Part shown: positions 23,913 to 38,871 of the stretch, piece after piece
Layout: every line of letters starts with the position of its first letter
How positions within the stretch are numbered: the stretch's first letter is position 1
DNA from: Octopus vulgaris
Lineage: Eukaryota
Direction of reading: 5' to 3'
Assembly: GCA_951406725.2 (NCBI GenBank)
Contig: OX597815.1
Location: 83,638,001-83,702,000, forward strand
Length of the DNA stretch: 64,000 bases
Made by a program: the position numbers and the translations under genes
The notes under the pieces: generated by a model
Seen by the model: the letters and a program-made list of their open reading frames with translations, nothing else
What the model was told of the DNA's origin: nothing
Database searches by the model: none

Positions 23913-26096
23913 ACATGAACTGTGTTCATGAAATCAGTACTCGACTTATACCGTCGTTTTGCATATATGCCTATAAGAATGTCTCCTCGTGTGTATGTAT
24001 ATGTAAGCATTAGAAAAAAAAATTCTTCCCCCAAAAGGTTAGTAACATACTCATAAAAGATTTAATAACATAATTTATTTAAATAATTTTAAAATTAATA
24101 TACATGTCCTGGACAAATTTCAACACAAAATGAAAACTGTCATAGCTATGAGTATACTTATCAATTGCTGCAGACAACAATTTGATCTGTCGTCTGCCGA
24201 CCGTCAAGCGTTGACTGATTCTTGGATATGTATTTAGTAACCATCGAAATTAAAAAAGGAAAAAAGTGTTTATTACTAATCTAAGTTTCATTATCCAGTT
24301 ATATTCTAGGCTACTGTAACACGTGCCATACAATTCAATGTAGTAATGTACTTATTTAGTTCTACATTTTATTTATTCTTCCATATTGCCACATTTTTTA
24401 ATGTTAGCAAAATTGCTAAAGCGATGAAGCTATTTTAATTAAGTTGAATAGGCTGAAGCAATTTCTATGAATACGATATCTGAATTGCAGCAAATAAAAT
24501 TGCATCAACTGGAATATGTTGATCGCGAATTGTCTGATACGGGGAATCGCTATTGTTGAACATCTTTGCTGATGCGCAGTGCTGACGCCCAATATTTTTC
24601 AAGCTACTTATTATTCTTCAATTACTACTGCGTCCGACTCTTCAACAATTTTCCAATGTGTCTGACAGATAACATTGCACACAGCGTACTGCATCTACAG
24701 CAGTTGCTGCTATATTATTGGAAGCTTCTGTTGCAATGTTAAAGCGACTGCTGATGAATGGTGAATTTTGCTTTATATTGCTGCTTATGTTGATAACATT
24801 GTTTTGGTTATTGTGACGATGGCGAAGATTGGAAATGCCGAAGATGACGGCGATGACGGCGACAGTGACGAGAGTGAAGGTGATGATGATGGTGATGATG
24901 ACTATCCTGATTATCATGATCATGATCATTGTGATGATAATGTCACTACTATAAAATATAGTTTACTGCTGCAATTTCTTATTGTTCATTGCTATTTTTT
25001 ACTGATATCAGTTTGGTTGTAAACAGATTTAGTGAATGACTAAAGATGGAAATTTGATGTGTGATATGACAAACTAGAGATTTTTGTTTTCTCCGGTTCT
25101 CTCTGTTAGTGTGTTTCATAAATTTTAATCAATGTAAAATATTACTAGAACAGTTGTGTTGTACAGTGTATTCGAGTGAATTACTCTACTGTAGCAGCTT
25201 AGTGAATATTAGTATAGTATAATATAGCGATAGTCCGCAATGTAGTATAAAGTAATCTGTATATTATTCATTATAATACAAACCATTATATCTTCGAAAT
25301 TTCATTCGATAATGAATAGTACTTGTGAGGGGTCTCAGTGTTGCTCTGATTAGAATATATAATATCTTTCAGGATCTAGTTACGTTTTATATATTTTTCT
25401 TTAACATAATTTCGTGTACTGCTATGGATCTTTTCATATTTTAAGGTGATGTTTGTCTATTTCAACATTCTACAACTTATATAATGTTTCCAATATTTCT
25501 ATATTAACATTTAGTTGTCCGTTACTTAGGCTTTGAATTTCGTCATTCCGTTTGGCATAGGTCGAAGAAAAACTGTAAAAATTGTTGTAGTGGGTGTTAT
25601 AGTTGTGTCCATAGCAACAGTGATCGTTAGACGGTCTAACTACGGACTTCTTGATTATTTTAGGGGCATGTATGACTATGATGTAAGATATGTCCACTTA
25701 TTGAAGACACAAAGGATTTCCAAAAGATCGACTGACCACGTAGAGGCTTCTTTGTTGTATGAACACGTTGTTACATTGTGCTGTATGCGACAGTTGGGAT
25801 AATTATTGTTTACGTCTTCTGTTTAATTTTGTATTTGCTACACATTTTAATTTATGCATTTTATATCATTGAATTGCCTAAAAACGGCAGGAATTTTCGC
25901 GCGCACACACACATACAGGTATGTGTGTATATATGAATATATATATTCTAATGTATATATGCATATACACACACACACACATATATATATATACGCATAT
26001 ATGAGTGGATATGTATAGAAATATGAATTCTTATCTTTACATAAATATAAGTCTATATGTGTGTGTGAAGGGGAGTTAGAGACATAGAATCTGTGT

Positions 26097-26138
<42 letters not shown>

Positions 26139-27432
26139 CAGTCTTGTACTATGTAGCAGTGTTGCTGAGAGCGTATATGGACTACTGTTGTCCTTGCATA
26201 TATCATAGAGCTGCTGTAGCATACTGCTTAATATTACTACAGCTGCTACTCGACCCGGGGTATGTGATGTAGTCGCAACTAGTTAATAACATGCAGCTTC
26301 TGTCAGAAACCTACCTTCATATCACATATACGGTTGACTTATATATATTTAATATGTACCAGAGTTATTGCACCAGATGTTATTTGTACATACATCTGTG
26401 CATTTAGGTGCTCACAAACATGATTGCACATGTTTATCTAAGTTTTTTGTCATATATAAATTTGTCTGTGCGAGTGACTTTGCGTGTAAATGCATGTGTG
26501 TGCGGATTTCTGTGTGTGTGTATGTGTGTGTGCGTGCATGTGTGTGTGTGTTCTGTGTGGTCCTATGAGTTTTGGTTGTATTTTGTATGTGATAATAAAT
26601 GTTACTCAGTCAGTCACAAGTCCAATCTGCTGAAGTTGTAAGTTCATTTAAGTCAGAACTGTCACCTCTTCTGACTCAGGAATATCATATAACCCAGAGT
26701 ATTTCGTCCAATGTCTTTTTATATTCCTCTATACTTTCGCAGATATAAGGGTGTGGCTTGAGCGTGATGTTTATCTGTCGTACCTAGCAACTCCCCGAAT
26801 GACTAGACTTCCCTTCGTTCGTTCGTTCGAATCAGTAATTAGGAGAATTCGAGGATGGTAATGATGATCATCATGATAGGTATGTGAATAACGATATCAA
26901 TTTCTGGCTACATATCCTTGTCCTTCTCTATTCCTTTATTTCATGACCCTTTATGTGTTTGCATTTGAGGCTTGCACAATCTGCGCATACTTGTGTGCAT
27001 CCATGCGAGCATAGACGCTCGCATGCGTGTATGTACAAATGTAGGCTTGGATGCATGAGTAAATTATTCGCTTCTCAGTCATGAGGTTCCTAGTTCGATT
27101 CTACTGAGCACTAGGTTGAGTGAATGTTTTATTTTAACATAGCCTTGAGTTGCCACAAGCCTTGTGTATGTATTAGATTGTGCATGCGTATGTATTAGAT
27201 TGAAGAAAACTCGGGAAAAATCCGTCAAATTACACATTTTGTCACATTCTTTCGAACTGTGAATTACTTTAACGAGACATGTGACCGTTATTCACATAAG
27301 ACATAATAGTTCAGTTCAGCACACATCTGAGAGTTCATTTGTTGAAATCGTCGGAGCATCTACATACCACACAAGAATACAAGTATGCACGTGACGATAT
27401 ATGAATTTGTATATGTATTTAAGTATATATGC

Positions 27433-27498
<66 letters not shown>

Positions 27499-27554
27499 AT
27501 ATAAATATAAATATATATATATATGTATACATATATTTATATTTATATTTATAT

Positions 27555-27600
<46 letters not shown>

Positions 27601-27634
27601 GCATGTGTGTGCGCGTGTGCGTGTGAGGGTATGT

Positions 27635-28990
27635 TTCTTTTAATTCTATTTAAGTTCTTGAGAGAGTTCAAGCAGGTTGATAACAAAACAAGTTTTTATG
27701 AGTTAAGAAACTTACCCAAATTCGTGTGTTGGATGAGCTGTCGATGCAGACACCCAAGAGTATGAATCTATTCATCGAAAGAATCTCAGACAGAGAATCT
27801 TTGGAATGTCTTACAAATTGTCAATGTACCGCAAATAGTTTGGATTTGGAGAACACACGTCAGTATTTTTTTGTTTTTTGTTTTGGGCTCTTCAAAAAAC
27901 TTAGTTTATCTTGGTTTTTGTGTTAATTTATCGGTATATAGCCTAATGCACCGATGCAGATTGGTACAAATGAGAATTCATAGTCAGGGTACGAGAGCTG
28001 TAAGTTCCGCATTAATTCACCATAGATTTAATCTTTTTTCCTGAACTTTTGATGGTACATTCACATCCAGAGGACAGCTGACTTCTACAAAAGTGCATGA
28101 CTTTTGACCCCGAATTGCTGTTTTTATTGCAGTGTGCCACCAGCATTCCTTGATTTTAAAGGCGTGAATACCTGCTGGTTCTGACATTCTTTGATGTATA
28201 GGTCAGTGCAGCCTTTCCAGCGGACAGCCTTCTAAATAAGTTTTGAAACTATGTGATGTCTCAAGGGTAGATAGTGTTTCGTAGACATTTTGGAGTAGCT
28301 GTTGATGATGTGGGTGATATATTCTACACTGGTATGGCAGAGTCGATATTTTCTATCACAACGTGGAAGTTTGGAGGTATTTATGTCCCTTTTGTTTATC
28401 AGGTGTTTAGCAACTATCTCTTGTTCCTGAATAGCGAAGGAAAACGCTTCTAGATGGGATGTAATGTATCTATCTCAAGTCCACGTCAAGCTATTATTCT
28501 CGTAAATGATGTTGTTATCCTTTAGCTTACGGGATATTTATCCATATATTACCTTTCTTCTGATATGATGCCTGATTCTCCTCCAACTTTCTGTTTAGTT
28601 AGGCCAGTCTAGCCTTCTTTTGGTTGTAGAAGACAGTTTTATTCTCAGAGCACCTACTCAGTACTTTTTCTCTAACTGAAGATGTTGCTCTCACTTTTGA
28701 GTATATATTGAATATACTCCTTTTTTTGTTTACTGTGCAATAAGTGTTGTCTGAGTGATACAATGCAACATTCAAAGGCTGTACAGTATGGACTGTCCTT
28801 ATGTCTCTACCGTTACCACCATCAATTTGTCTCCCATACATCCTATCGGTAAGAATACTGAATGAAAGTTGCCAGTGGGTGGTCAGTATTTTTCTAGCTT
28901 TGATGTCTTCGCTATGTTGCGAAATATGGAGTTCCAGGCAGGGAAAGGTAATCAGCGATTTTCTCCGGTATAAGGGAGATAATCAAACAT
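27635..28990 (-). mobile_element. Older decayed R4/Dong-like RLE LINE fragment, related to 230-1120
   Basis: The minus strand reads ITSHLEAFSFAIQEQEIVAKHLINKRD...CDRKYRLCHTSVEYITHII...SKMSTKHYLPLRH, which aligns by eye with the 230-560 translation. Confidence 0.75.
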
Positions 28991-29049
28991 GTTGGGAATG
29001 ACTAATTAAACTTGATTTAGTTTAGAAGGAATAGAATGTTATAATTGGT

Positions 29050-29522
29050 TAGGTTTTGCTTTATATTTTTTCAATGAGGCGAGTTTCCTTATTTAAAAAT
29101 GTCAGAAATTGTTACGTTTTGGCTTATATTTTTCAATAAAGAAGGTTTCTTTGTTTAATCTAACATGTGTTGGTGTTCAAATAGCTCATTGATAGAATGG
29201 AAAGATTATAAATTGTGGTAGTAGTTGTTTTGCGCATTTATCAATATGTTCATTAAAAGGTATCATTCTGTATTCTGGGAATACAATCTGTTGTCGATGC
29301 AGAGTGTATCTACGTCTGAGCGATAATCCCGTGGATCCTATGTAGTTTTGGTGGCAGCCCGAGCATCTTATGTCATAAATCAGGTTTTCTGAAGCACAAG
29401 TACAATTAAATTTGATTTTGAATTTTTGTCCCTCTTTGAAGAGGAATTTTGATCCTTCTAGAAGGTTTGAGCATGTTGCGAAATTTGGTCTACCACATTT
29501 TGTTACTTTCGCATCCGTTATT
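29050..29522 (-). mobile_element. Penelope-like element fragment: GIY-YIG endonuclease domain (Neptune-like)
   Basis: TKCGRPNFATCSNL...CTCASENLIYDIRCSGCHQNYIGSTGLSLRRRYTLHRQQI...EHIDKC...RLNKETFFIEKYKP. This shows a Cys-rich linker, the (L)IY-x-YIG motif and conserved His residues. Confidence 0.88.
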
Positions 29523-29551
29523 TCATACATACATACACACACACATACACA

Positions 29552-29594
<43 letters not shown>

Positions 29595-29659
29595 CATTTT
29601 ATGTATGGAAGTAAGCGCATATGTATGCATGTGTACAATGATGTAGGGAAACTGCTATT

Positions 29660-29830
29660 ATGACTTTTGCAGTAGAACAGATCGATGAGAAAGTAGAATC
29701 ACATCCTGTATATAACATTTGCTAATCTCACGAATGCTTGTGACACAGCACGCCTTACTGATATTTGGAGATACTTTGCTAAATGTGATGTCTACCCGAT
29801 TTCGTACGTATAGTGCATAATTTCATGTTG
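29660..29830 (+). mobile_element. Short decayed RTE-type reverse transcriptase fragment
   Basis: LYITFANLTNACDTARLTDIWRYFAKC resembles LYxAFIDLTKAFDTVxRxxLWxxLxKFG. Confidence 0.5.
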
Positions 29831-30506
29831 GCACTTACGTGGATGGTATTTAATTTTACCAACCTCGAAATGATGAAAGGCAAAGATGAAGTGAAAAGAA
29901 TTGAACTCAAATCGTAAAGAGCCGTAGCTAAATAGCTCTAGACATTTTGTAACACACTCTCTCGAGTCTGTAATATCAACGTACAATGGTTCTGCCAGTT
30001 CACAATACTAGTAACAACAATAGCATCAACAAAGTCGATATCAATATATCTTTGCTGCTGCGATTACCCTAAAATAAGCTTCCAGAGGAACCCAAACGTG
30101 AAATGACTTCAGATTTGAAACGTCAAGTGATAAATTAATTGTGGACACTGTATTTTGGACTTTAAATTTAACCTTCCACTCCGAACATTTTCATCTCAAA
30201 AATGCTGATACATTTAAAATAAAACGCAAAGTTTTCCTGACTAACAAACTTGCTCAACAAGCATAAATGACATACAACAATACAACAATTTATTGTGCTC
30301 CTTACTTGTCTGCATATATTTTTTTTCTTTTTCTGCATAATCTATTTCCAATTTTAATTCATTTTTTTTAATTCGTTATTTTTTGTATTTCGCTTTTTAT
30401 TCTCTTAATAGCATTTATGTCGTTTATTGTTCCTCCGGACATGCGCACGCATGCTATATGCATAAAACCAATATATATACACGCGTGTGTGTGTGCATAT
30501 GTATTG

Positions 30507-30546
<40 letters not shown>

Positions 30547-32331
30547 AAATGTTTTTATAAACGCAAGCGAGTATGTTTCAGTATCTGTGTTATTACCATT
30601 AAGTGTGTATGCTGCTTCCCCTAAACGGAGACAACATGAAGTAGGTTTTCCAATCATGCAATCCCATTAATGATGATTCAGGAAATTTTCTTTTCTTTCT
30701 TTACCTTGATTCATCATTTTACTTTTGCTATTTTTCTTTTTTTTTTTTGAAATTCTCTTTTTTATATATATCCTTTGTGTTACACGCATATAATCAAGGC
30801 ACGCGTGTATATACATGCACGATCAACATTGAACGCATGCAGATATACTCATTCAATATTATATCATACACAGAAAGGCACATGTACACACGTATACATG
30901 CATCACGAAAACATAAGCTATTCATAGTATACGTGGATATCACGACCAAAACAACAAAATCAAGGCCAACACCTCTCCCATCGCCGCAACCGCAAGAAAC
31001 AGCAACAAGAGGCAAGTATCCTAATCAAGCAATGTTTCTAACAAACAAATCACGCAGCGACATAAAACCCACCATTGCCCCACCGACAGAATTACTAACG
31101 CAGCCACAGCGACGATATAACAGAACATATTGTTACCATTATTGCGAGGCACCACGACACTCTAACACACACATACACACGCACACACACACACACACAC
31201 ACAGACTCATGCATACAATCACACATATACATACACACACCTACCAACATGCAAGTACAGGCACGCATCTGCCAGAAGACATCTATTAATAAATCAAAAT
31301 TAAAGGCCAGCATAAAAATATCAAAAACGTTCAGCAGAATTATGGCGGGGCATTCTGTACGATAGCAGTTTCATTTATCAATCATTCTAATGCTTCAAAT
31401 CAATATCAAGATTGGGTTATTTCAATCACATATGAACTTTTACAAGGTTTCCGAATCTGTGGTGAGAATGAGATTATGAGCCCTTGTTACATCGATTATA
31501 TTACGAGGAAGCGGTAATAAAACTGCAGAATAATCATCTGTTTTTGTTGTTGTTGTTATTCTTCTTGTTGTTGTCGTTGTTGTCGTCGTCGTCGTCGTCG
31601 ACTTTGTGACAGGTGTGATAGGAATGGTATTGATACAGTTTGAGTAGATTTTGGTTGCTGAGTTGATCATAAATACGACGTGATATTAATAGCGTATCTT
31701 CCGTGGTGTATGTGTGTGTAAGTGTGTTACATATGTGGATACATGTGACGACCTGGGTCTGATATCATCGTACACGGATGTAGCTGCTCACAACTAAAAT
31801 GTGTGTAACTCGCAGATGCGTGCAGCTGAGTGGGTTCCATTAAAGTCATGCAAGAGCTACGAGCTCGTCTGCAAATAAGTAAAATTTACAGCAATCACAT
31901 TTACCCTATCTTACTCGTGTCTTGAAGTATTTTACTGAACCAATTTCATCAGCAAACTTGGATGGATTCTTACCCAAAAGGATTTGGATCTATATAAATA
32001 CGTAACCAAAGGGCCATTTTGCATCTTTTACAAAGACAAAGTTCATGGAAAAGAATAGTCCTGAAAACTTCTAGATTAGAATAGCCATGCGTATATGTGT
32101 ATCTAATTTCGCACGTAGTGAGTTGTAATGGGAAATATATATAACGAGAGAAAGAAATGCACACAATTTATATATTTTTGATATATTCTAAAAGATGGAA
32201 CATTATAGTAGTGGACCGGTTTCGCAGTTCATGTTTCGCGGGTTCCACTTTTAGTTCTTGTTGCTTTGGATAAGAGTTTACAAATGAATCAGCATGTAGA
32301 AAAATCTAAGGGGAGGTAATTGGCAATATAT

Positions 32332-32413
<82 letters not shown>

Positions 32414-32545
32414 TATGTATGTGTGTGTGTTTGTATACACATGCGCACACAAACACACACAGATGCGTATATCTGTGTGTGTGCGTGTGCGTGTGCATGT
32501 GTGCGTGTGCATGTGTGCGTGCGTGTTATATGTATGTATATATAA

Positions 32546-32598
<53 letters not shown>

Positions 32599-33158
32599 GT
32601 ACGCGCATATGTATGTGTATATATGTATGCTAGCGCGCACTTGCAGGAGTACCCGGAATTAAGTGCAAGTACTAAATTTATCAGCGAAATTCACGTAGCC
32701 TATAAGCTTCACCTTGAAAGAATATGCCACAATGTGATACTTCATCCCCCTAGCCACAACCTTGAGATCTGTAAGTTGGAACATTACAAATATGCGTTCA
32801 ATTTTATACACATACAAAAGGTTTCTATTTTAGCATCAAAGCTATCTTTTTCCTTGTCTGAGAATGGTGAGATTGCTCGAAGCTCATGCTAGCCTTCAGA
32901 AGACAATATAAAATACCAAAGAAAGAAATTTTGAAGCAAATTATTTTCCAACAACAATCGAGCGAAACTTAATTTTTGAGTCAATGCAAGAATTGTTTTT
33001 CTGCGTTTTTCAACAATGCAAATACCGTGTTGATTTTACCGATGTTTATATTTCCTTACTTCTGAAGCTTTTTTTTTATCGGTGCTTCCCTTATACTTTT
33101 ACGAAACAGGTGTATCAAAGAATAACTAGATTTTTCTTTCTCAAGTTCCTTGAATTTG

Positions 33159-33203
<45 letters not shown>

Positions 33204-33400
33204 TAGATAGACAGATAGAGAGAGAGAGAGTGAGAGAGAAAGAGAGAGGTGTAAGAGACTCGGAAGTAACTTCCCTAATATTAATAATTATATATATATA
33301 TATTTATATACACACATACTCACAGACACAAACACATATACATATATACATATATAATTATATATATATATATATTACGAATATATGTACACAATACAGT

Positions 33401-33450
<50 letters not shown>

Positions 33451-33822
33451 AGAAAATATGTATGTCTGTAGGTAAATGTATACATCTGCATAATAATTCG
33501 TTATACTGTTCCAGCTGTGATGTTTATTCTATTCTAAACACGGAAGTTGTACGATTTAGAAAGTGTATTAAATCAGTTGATGTTGGTTATATATGTCAGC
33601 CTGCCTAGAGATATCTCTATTATTTTGGTGTTCTCTATTTTTCATTCAGTTTCACATCTCCTATCTACATTTCTTTCTCTCTATGATCTTATCAAATATA
33701 ATGAGTTTACACGCACACGTGTGTGTGCTTGTGTTTATCTATGTGTATTGTGTGTGTGTGTGTGCTGTATGTTGTGTGTGAGTGTGTACACACATTTATA
33801 AATTTGTATATAATATGATTTA

Positions 33823-33882
<60 letters not shown>

Positions 33883-34266
33883 TCTATATCTATACCTATA
33901 TCTATATATATATATATATATATATATAGATATACATGCATACATACATATATATGCTTATATACAGCAACATATATAGATACATTATATTTATGTATAT
34001 GTACTTACAAAACATACTCACATGGACGCACATACACACGCACACACCCACGAAATCACCGATACACACGCAAATATATATATATATATATATACATAAA
34101 CTAGTAAATGGAAATCAGTCGGAATCTGAAGTGCGTGACTTAAATTGGAATTTCGTGCGCAGTATATATCCTTATTATCTATCAGCCAACACATGCACAT
34201 AAATCATTTATACGCGTATATATAGCACATATATGACTATACATATGCCTGTTTTTGCGAGTATAG

Positions 34267-34307
<41 letters not shown>

Positions 34308-34870
34308 TTTTATTTATATACACATATATATAAATTTGAATATATATATATATATGTCTGATCTATATATCGAAGAAGTTAGAAGTTGCACATTGGTGGA
34401 TAAATAATTCTTTGACCGTGATCCTTGTTTTCTTTACTTCATAAAAAGAAAAGCAAAATATAATATTTCTAAGTGTAATTCATTAGAGACTAATCAATAA
34501 AGCGACATAAAACTTAAATGCATCACTTGGAGTTCATGTCTTAATTTTCCTAAACAAAAGTTGTAAAGCTTTAATTGGTATCTTGTATGAATCATTCCTA
34601 TTCTATGCAACGCGAGGTAAAGAGATTTATCAAAATAACACTCAGCGAAATAGATTTAGATTGTTCCACATCACATTCTTTTTTTAACCCGAAGGCATCA
34701 AATGTAAAAATTGCTTTTTGTATATGAAATTCTGGACTCCATCAACTCTACTGCAACTGATTCCATGAGTTAAAGATGAAGGTCAGTAAAATGTAAAGCC
34801 TGATATTCTTGCAAATGTGCGCAATTATTATATTTTTAATTAACTTTCATGTGTTTATGTTACCTTTAAG

Positions 34871-34921
<51 letters not shown>

Positions 34922-34995
34922 CATATATGTATGTGTGTTTGTTGTTGCATATATTTGTATATATATATATATATACATATATAAATATATATCCA

Positions 34996-35034
<39 letters not shown>

Positions 35035-35380
35035 ATTTGTATTTTTATTTATATGAATGTTTATGTCACGTTTCTATATGGTTTTTACTTTTATCCATCA
35101 TTTTGTTTTCTTGTTAAAACATCAGATTGCTTAATTCGGTCTTCTTGAACCTCAGATCACATAAAACGCACACAACCAACAACCGCACCACCGCACACAT
35201 ACACACACACACCTACGTATCCATATATATACAGATATATATATATATATATAGATATATATATATATATACATATAAATATTTCTATATGAATAATATT
35301 TTGTCTAATGACTAATTCGTCTTTTGTGCTGGGCTACTGGTAGTAATCTATGTTATTACCCTTTTTTGATTATATTCATA

Positions 35381-35412
<32 letters not shown>

Positions 35413-35447
35413 CACATACATATACATATATGCACACACACAAACAG

Positions 35448-36233
35448 ACAAGGTGTCAAAATTATCAGATCTTGATTTTTTTTGCACAAAACAATAATGC
35501 GTGAGCAAAGTCCGCATGGGAATTAGGTGGCCGCGTCCTTCCTGAGCATGCGCAAAAACTTTCGTCTAAATATGACCGAGTGCATTGAGCAAAGATAGTG
35601 TATAGAATTATGCCAAAAATTTGGTGATACGAAAGCCCAGACTATCGAGAAAATTTAGAAGGCCTTTGGAGATGATGCTACGGGAAAAGCAGAAATAAAG
35701 GAGAAGTACAACGGATTCAAAGATGGCCGCACCTCAGAGGACTGTGATCCACATTGTGGCAGATCACCGACTAACAGAAACGAAAAAATATTCTATGAAG
35801 ACCATCGTGTGACTGTTGAGGAGACTGTTGCCGAAGGTGGGCAGCAAAGAATTGGCAACCTCACCATGACAACGCACCCGCTCATACCGCCCACGTCGTC
35901 CAAGCATTTTTCCTCAAGGAAAACACACCACTTGTTCAATAGGCTTCCTACTCCCCAGACTTGGCTCCGTGTGAATCTTGGCTATTCCCAAGCCTCAAAA
36001 AATACTAAGGAGGAGATTTGAGTCAAGAGAGGACATCAAGCAAAATTCGATGGCACAGCTCTACAGCATCCCAAAAAATGATTTCCAGAAATGTTTCCAG
36101 CAGTGTCAGGAATGCTGCCAGAAGTGTATAAACTCCTAAGGCAAATAATTTGAAGAAGACTAAATCAAAACGGTAAGTCTTTAATATCACTTGTTTTTTC
36201 GCCATAGGTCGGATACATTTGGACTACACGTCG
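35448..36233 (+). mobile_element. Internally deleted mariner (related to the 7381 family)
   Basis: MTECIEQR*CIELCQKFGDT...KAFGDDA...FKDGRTS, HHDNAPAHT and YSPDLAPC. Right TIR gtcggatacatttggactacacgtcg-TA. Confidence 0.85.
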
Positions 36234-36235
36234 TA

Positions 36236-36392
36236 TATGACAGTCTTCTTTCAGATTCCGTCAACCAAATCCATTCACAAGGTCTTGGTCGGTCCGAAGC
36301 TATAGAGGATGACACTTGGCCAAGATGTCACGCAGTGAGTCTGAACCTGGAATGATGTGATTGAGAAGGAAACTTCTTACCACATAGCCCTG
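36236..36392 (-). mobile_element. SINE head fragment (family of 17415-17811)
   Basis: accaaatccattcacaagg...gacacttggccaagatgtcacgcagtg...ttaccacatagcc. Confidence 0.75.
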
Positions 36393-36447
36393 CCTTTGTA
36401 GTAACGTATGCACGTATATGGGTGCATATATATGTATATATAAATAA

Positions 36448-36490
<43 letters not shown>

Positions 36491-37232
36491 TATGCATACG
36501 CACGCGCACTCACACACTCACACATACACACACAAGCACACACACGCGCGCGCGCGCAATAAAATTTGCGAAATAATTTTTTAATATGAAAATAAGAAAT
36601 GTTTCCAATTTCTTAAATATATCCTAAATTAAAACATGAAACTCAGTGTAATTTTTTTCTTTACTCCTCTTTTTAGTCCTTTTTTTTATGCCTTTCAATT
36701 TCAGTGCCTATTCTAGTCATGAATTTAATAAACGCACCGTTTGTTAACCTCAACAATATCATACATGCGAAAATAGACACCGAATTAAAATTGCTTATGC
36801 TGTCAACGAGAAGAATGGAGTGTTTGCGTACGTATGTTATTCGGCACGTTTGTTTGGTCGTTAGATTCTAATGATTGAGCTAATTAAAGAAAAGTATCAT
36901 ACCGTGTAAGTATATAAAATTTCAATAATAAATATCTAAATATATTTTACATATGTATGAGTGGACATGCTTGTGTATGGCATTCGTGTGCATGCGTGCA
37001 TATTCCTATGCATTTAAAATAGCAGTTAAGCATTTCTCATTGCATCCATGAGGTGACCTCAAAAATCCTTTCGTCTCAATCATAGAATTTCTGTGTGTAT
37101 TTTCGTAGACTGTAATTATAATTTATACGCACAACCTTGTTGCAATATGTCAAACTGAATCTGGTAAATAGGTACGTGGAAGGAATATGTCAGAAGAATA
37201 TATACAAGCACAAACACACAACCCTACGCATA

Positions 37233-37845
37233 TATTCTTCTTTTCAAGGCGCGAAAATTTTGGAGAGGAGGCCAGTCGATTTGATCGACCGCAGTATGCA
37301 ACTGGTGCTTAATTTATCGACACCGAAAGGATGAAAGGTAAAGTCGACCTCGGCGGAATTTGAACTCAGAACGTAAAAACATACGAAATACCACTAAACA
37401 TGTCGCCCGGTATGCTAATGTTTCTTATTTCTTTATTGTCCACAAGAGTCTAAACATAGAGGGGACAAACAAGGACAGACAAAGGGATTAAGTCGATAAC
37501 ATCGACCCCCAGTGCGTAACTAGTACTTAATTTATCGACCCGAAAAGATGAAGGACAATGTCGACCTCGCTGGAATTTGAACTCAGAAAGTAAAGACAGA
37601 CGAAATACATATTTCTTTACTACCCACAAGGGGCTAAACACAGAGAGGATAAGCAAGGACAGACAAACGGATTAAGTCGATTATATCGACCCCAGTGCGT
37701 AACTGGTACTTATTTAATCAACCTCGAAAGGATGAAAGGCAAGGTCGACCTCGGCGGAATTTGAACTCAGAACGTAACGGCAGACGAAATACCGCTAAGC
37801 ATTTCGCCCGGCGTGCTAAAGTTTCTGCCAGCTCGCCACCTTAGC
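37233..37845 (-). mobile_element. Three tandem copies of the Nin/Deu-like SINE
   Basis: gtcgacctcg(g)c(t)ggaatttgaactcagaa occurs at ~37343, ~37560 and ~37744; the last copy retains the head ctgccagctcgcc. Confidence 0.88.
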
Positions 37846-37979
37846 CTTACATATATGGTAAAAAGATGTGTGAGAGGTGAGGGAGAAGGAACTGAGATAG
37901 TGTAAGGTAGTGTCTGTATATAGCAATGTGTGTATATGCGTATTGATGTGGTTGCCAGTGTGAATGTCAACGGGAACGT

Positions 37980-38219
37980 GTGTGTGTGTATGTGTGTCTT
38001 TGTGTCTGCCCCCCCCCCCCCAACATCGCTTGACAACCGGTGCTGGTGTGTTTACGTCCACGTAACTTAGCAATTCGGCAAAAGAGACTGATAGAATAAG
38101 TACTAGGCATACAAAGAATGAGTCCTGGGGTCGATTTGCTCGACTAAAGGCGGTGCTCTAGCATGGCCACAGTCAAATGACCGCAATCAAATGACTGAAC
38201 AAGTAAAAGAGTAAAAAGA

Positions 38220-38220
<1 letters not shown>
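37980..38220 (+). mobile_element. SINE 3' half (family of 17415-17811)
   Basis: Reverse complement of 17205-17390: caacatcgcttgacaaccg...gtcctggggtcgatttgctcgactaaaggcggtgctc. Confidence 0.85.
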
Positions 38221-38276
<56 letters not shown>

Positions 38277-38871
38277 TATATGTACACACACATTCATATA
38301 TATATATTCGCACATGTATGTATATATAATGTCTCTGTGTGTCTCTGTGTGTATACGTGTGTGTGTACTTATTCATATATATATATTCACATACGTAAAC
38401 ACATAAGCATGTACAAATTGATGCAGTAAATAATACCTGAACTCTTCCAGATATACTCAAAAACGCTTCTGCGCATAATGAAAGATGCATAAATTAATCC
38501 AAGCAGTAATAGTATCTATACACATGTACACATTCATGCGGATACTGAAACAAACACACACACACAAATACATACATACATATATATACGTATGCGCGCG
38601 TGTGTGTATGTATGCATGTATGTATGTATGCGTGTAGGTATGTGTGTGCATTTGCGTGTATCTTTATACGTGTCTGTACGTTTGTCTCTCTATCGCTTGG
38701 CCAATGGGGTTTTTTTTACGGTAACATGGGAGTCTGGCAAGCGAGTCCGATGGCTTAAATAACAAAATTTTAAAAGTACTTGGGTCTGTTCGGTCCACTA
38801 AAATCTTTCAGGGCCGTACGCAATCCAATGTCGAAATAAATAAATATTATTTATAACTACATATATATATA

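Noticed and set aside
23945-23977. cttata...gcatatatgc...tataag nested inverted repeat resembling a hammerhead skeleton
   Set aside because: The catalytic core is absent, and short AT-rich pairing may be chance.
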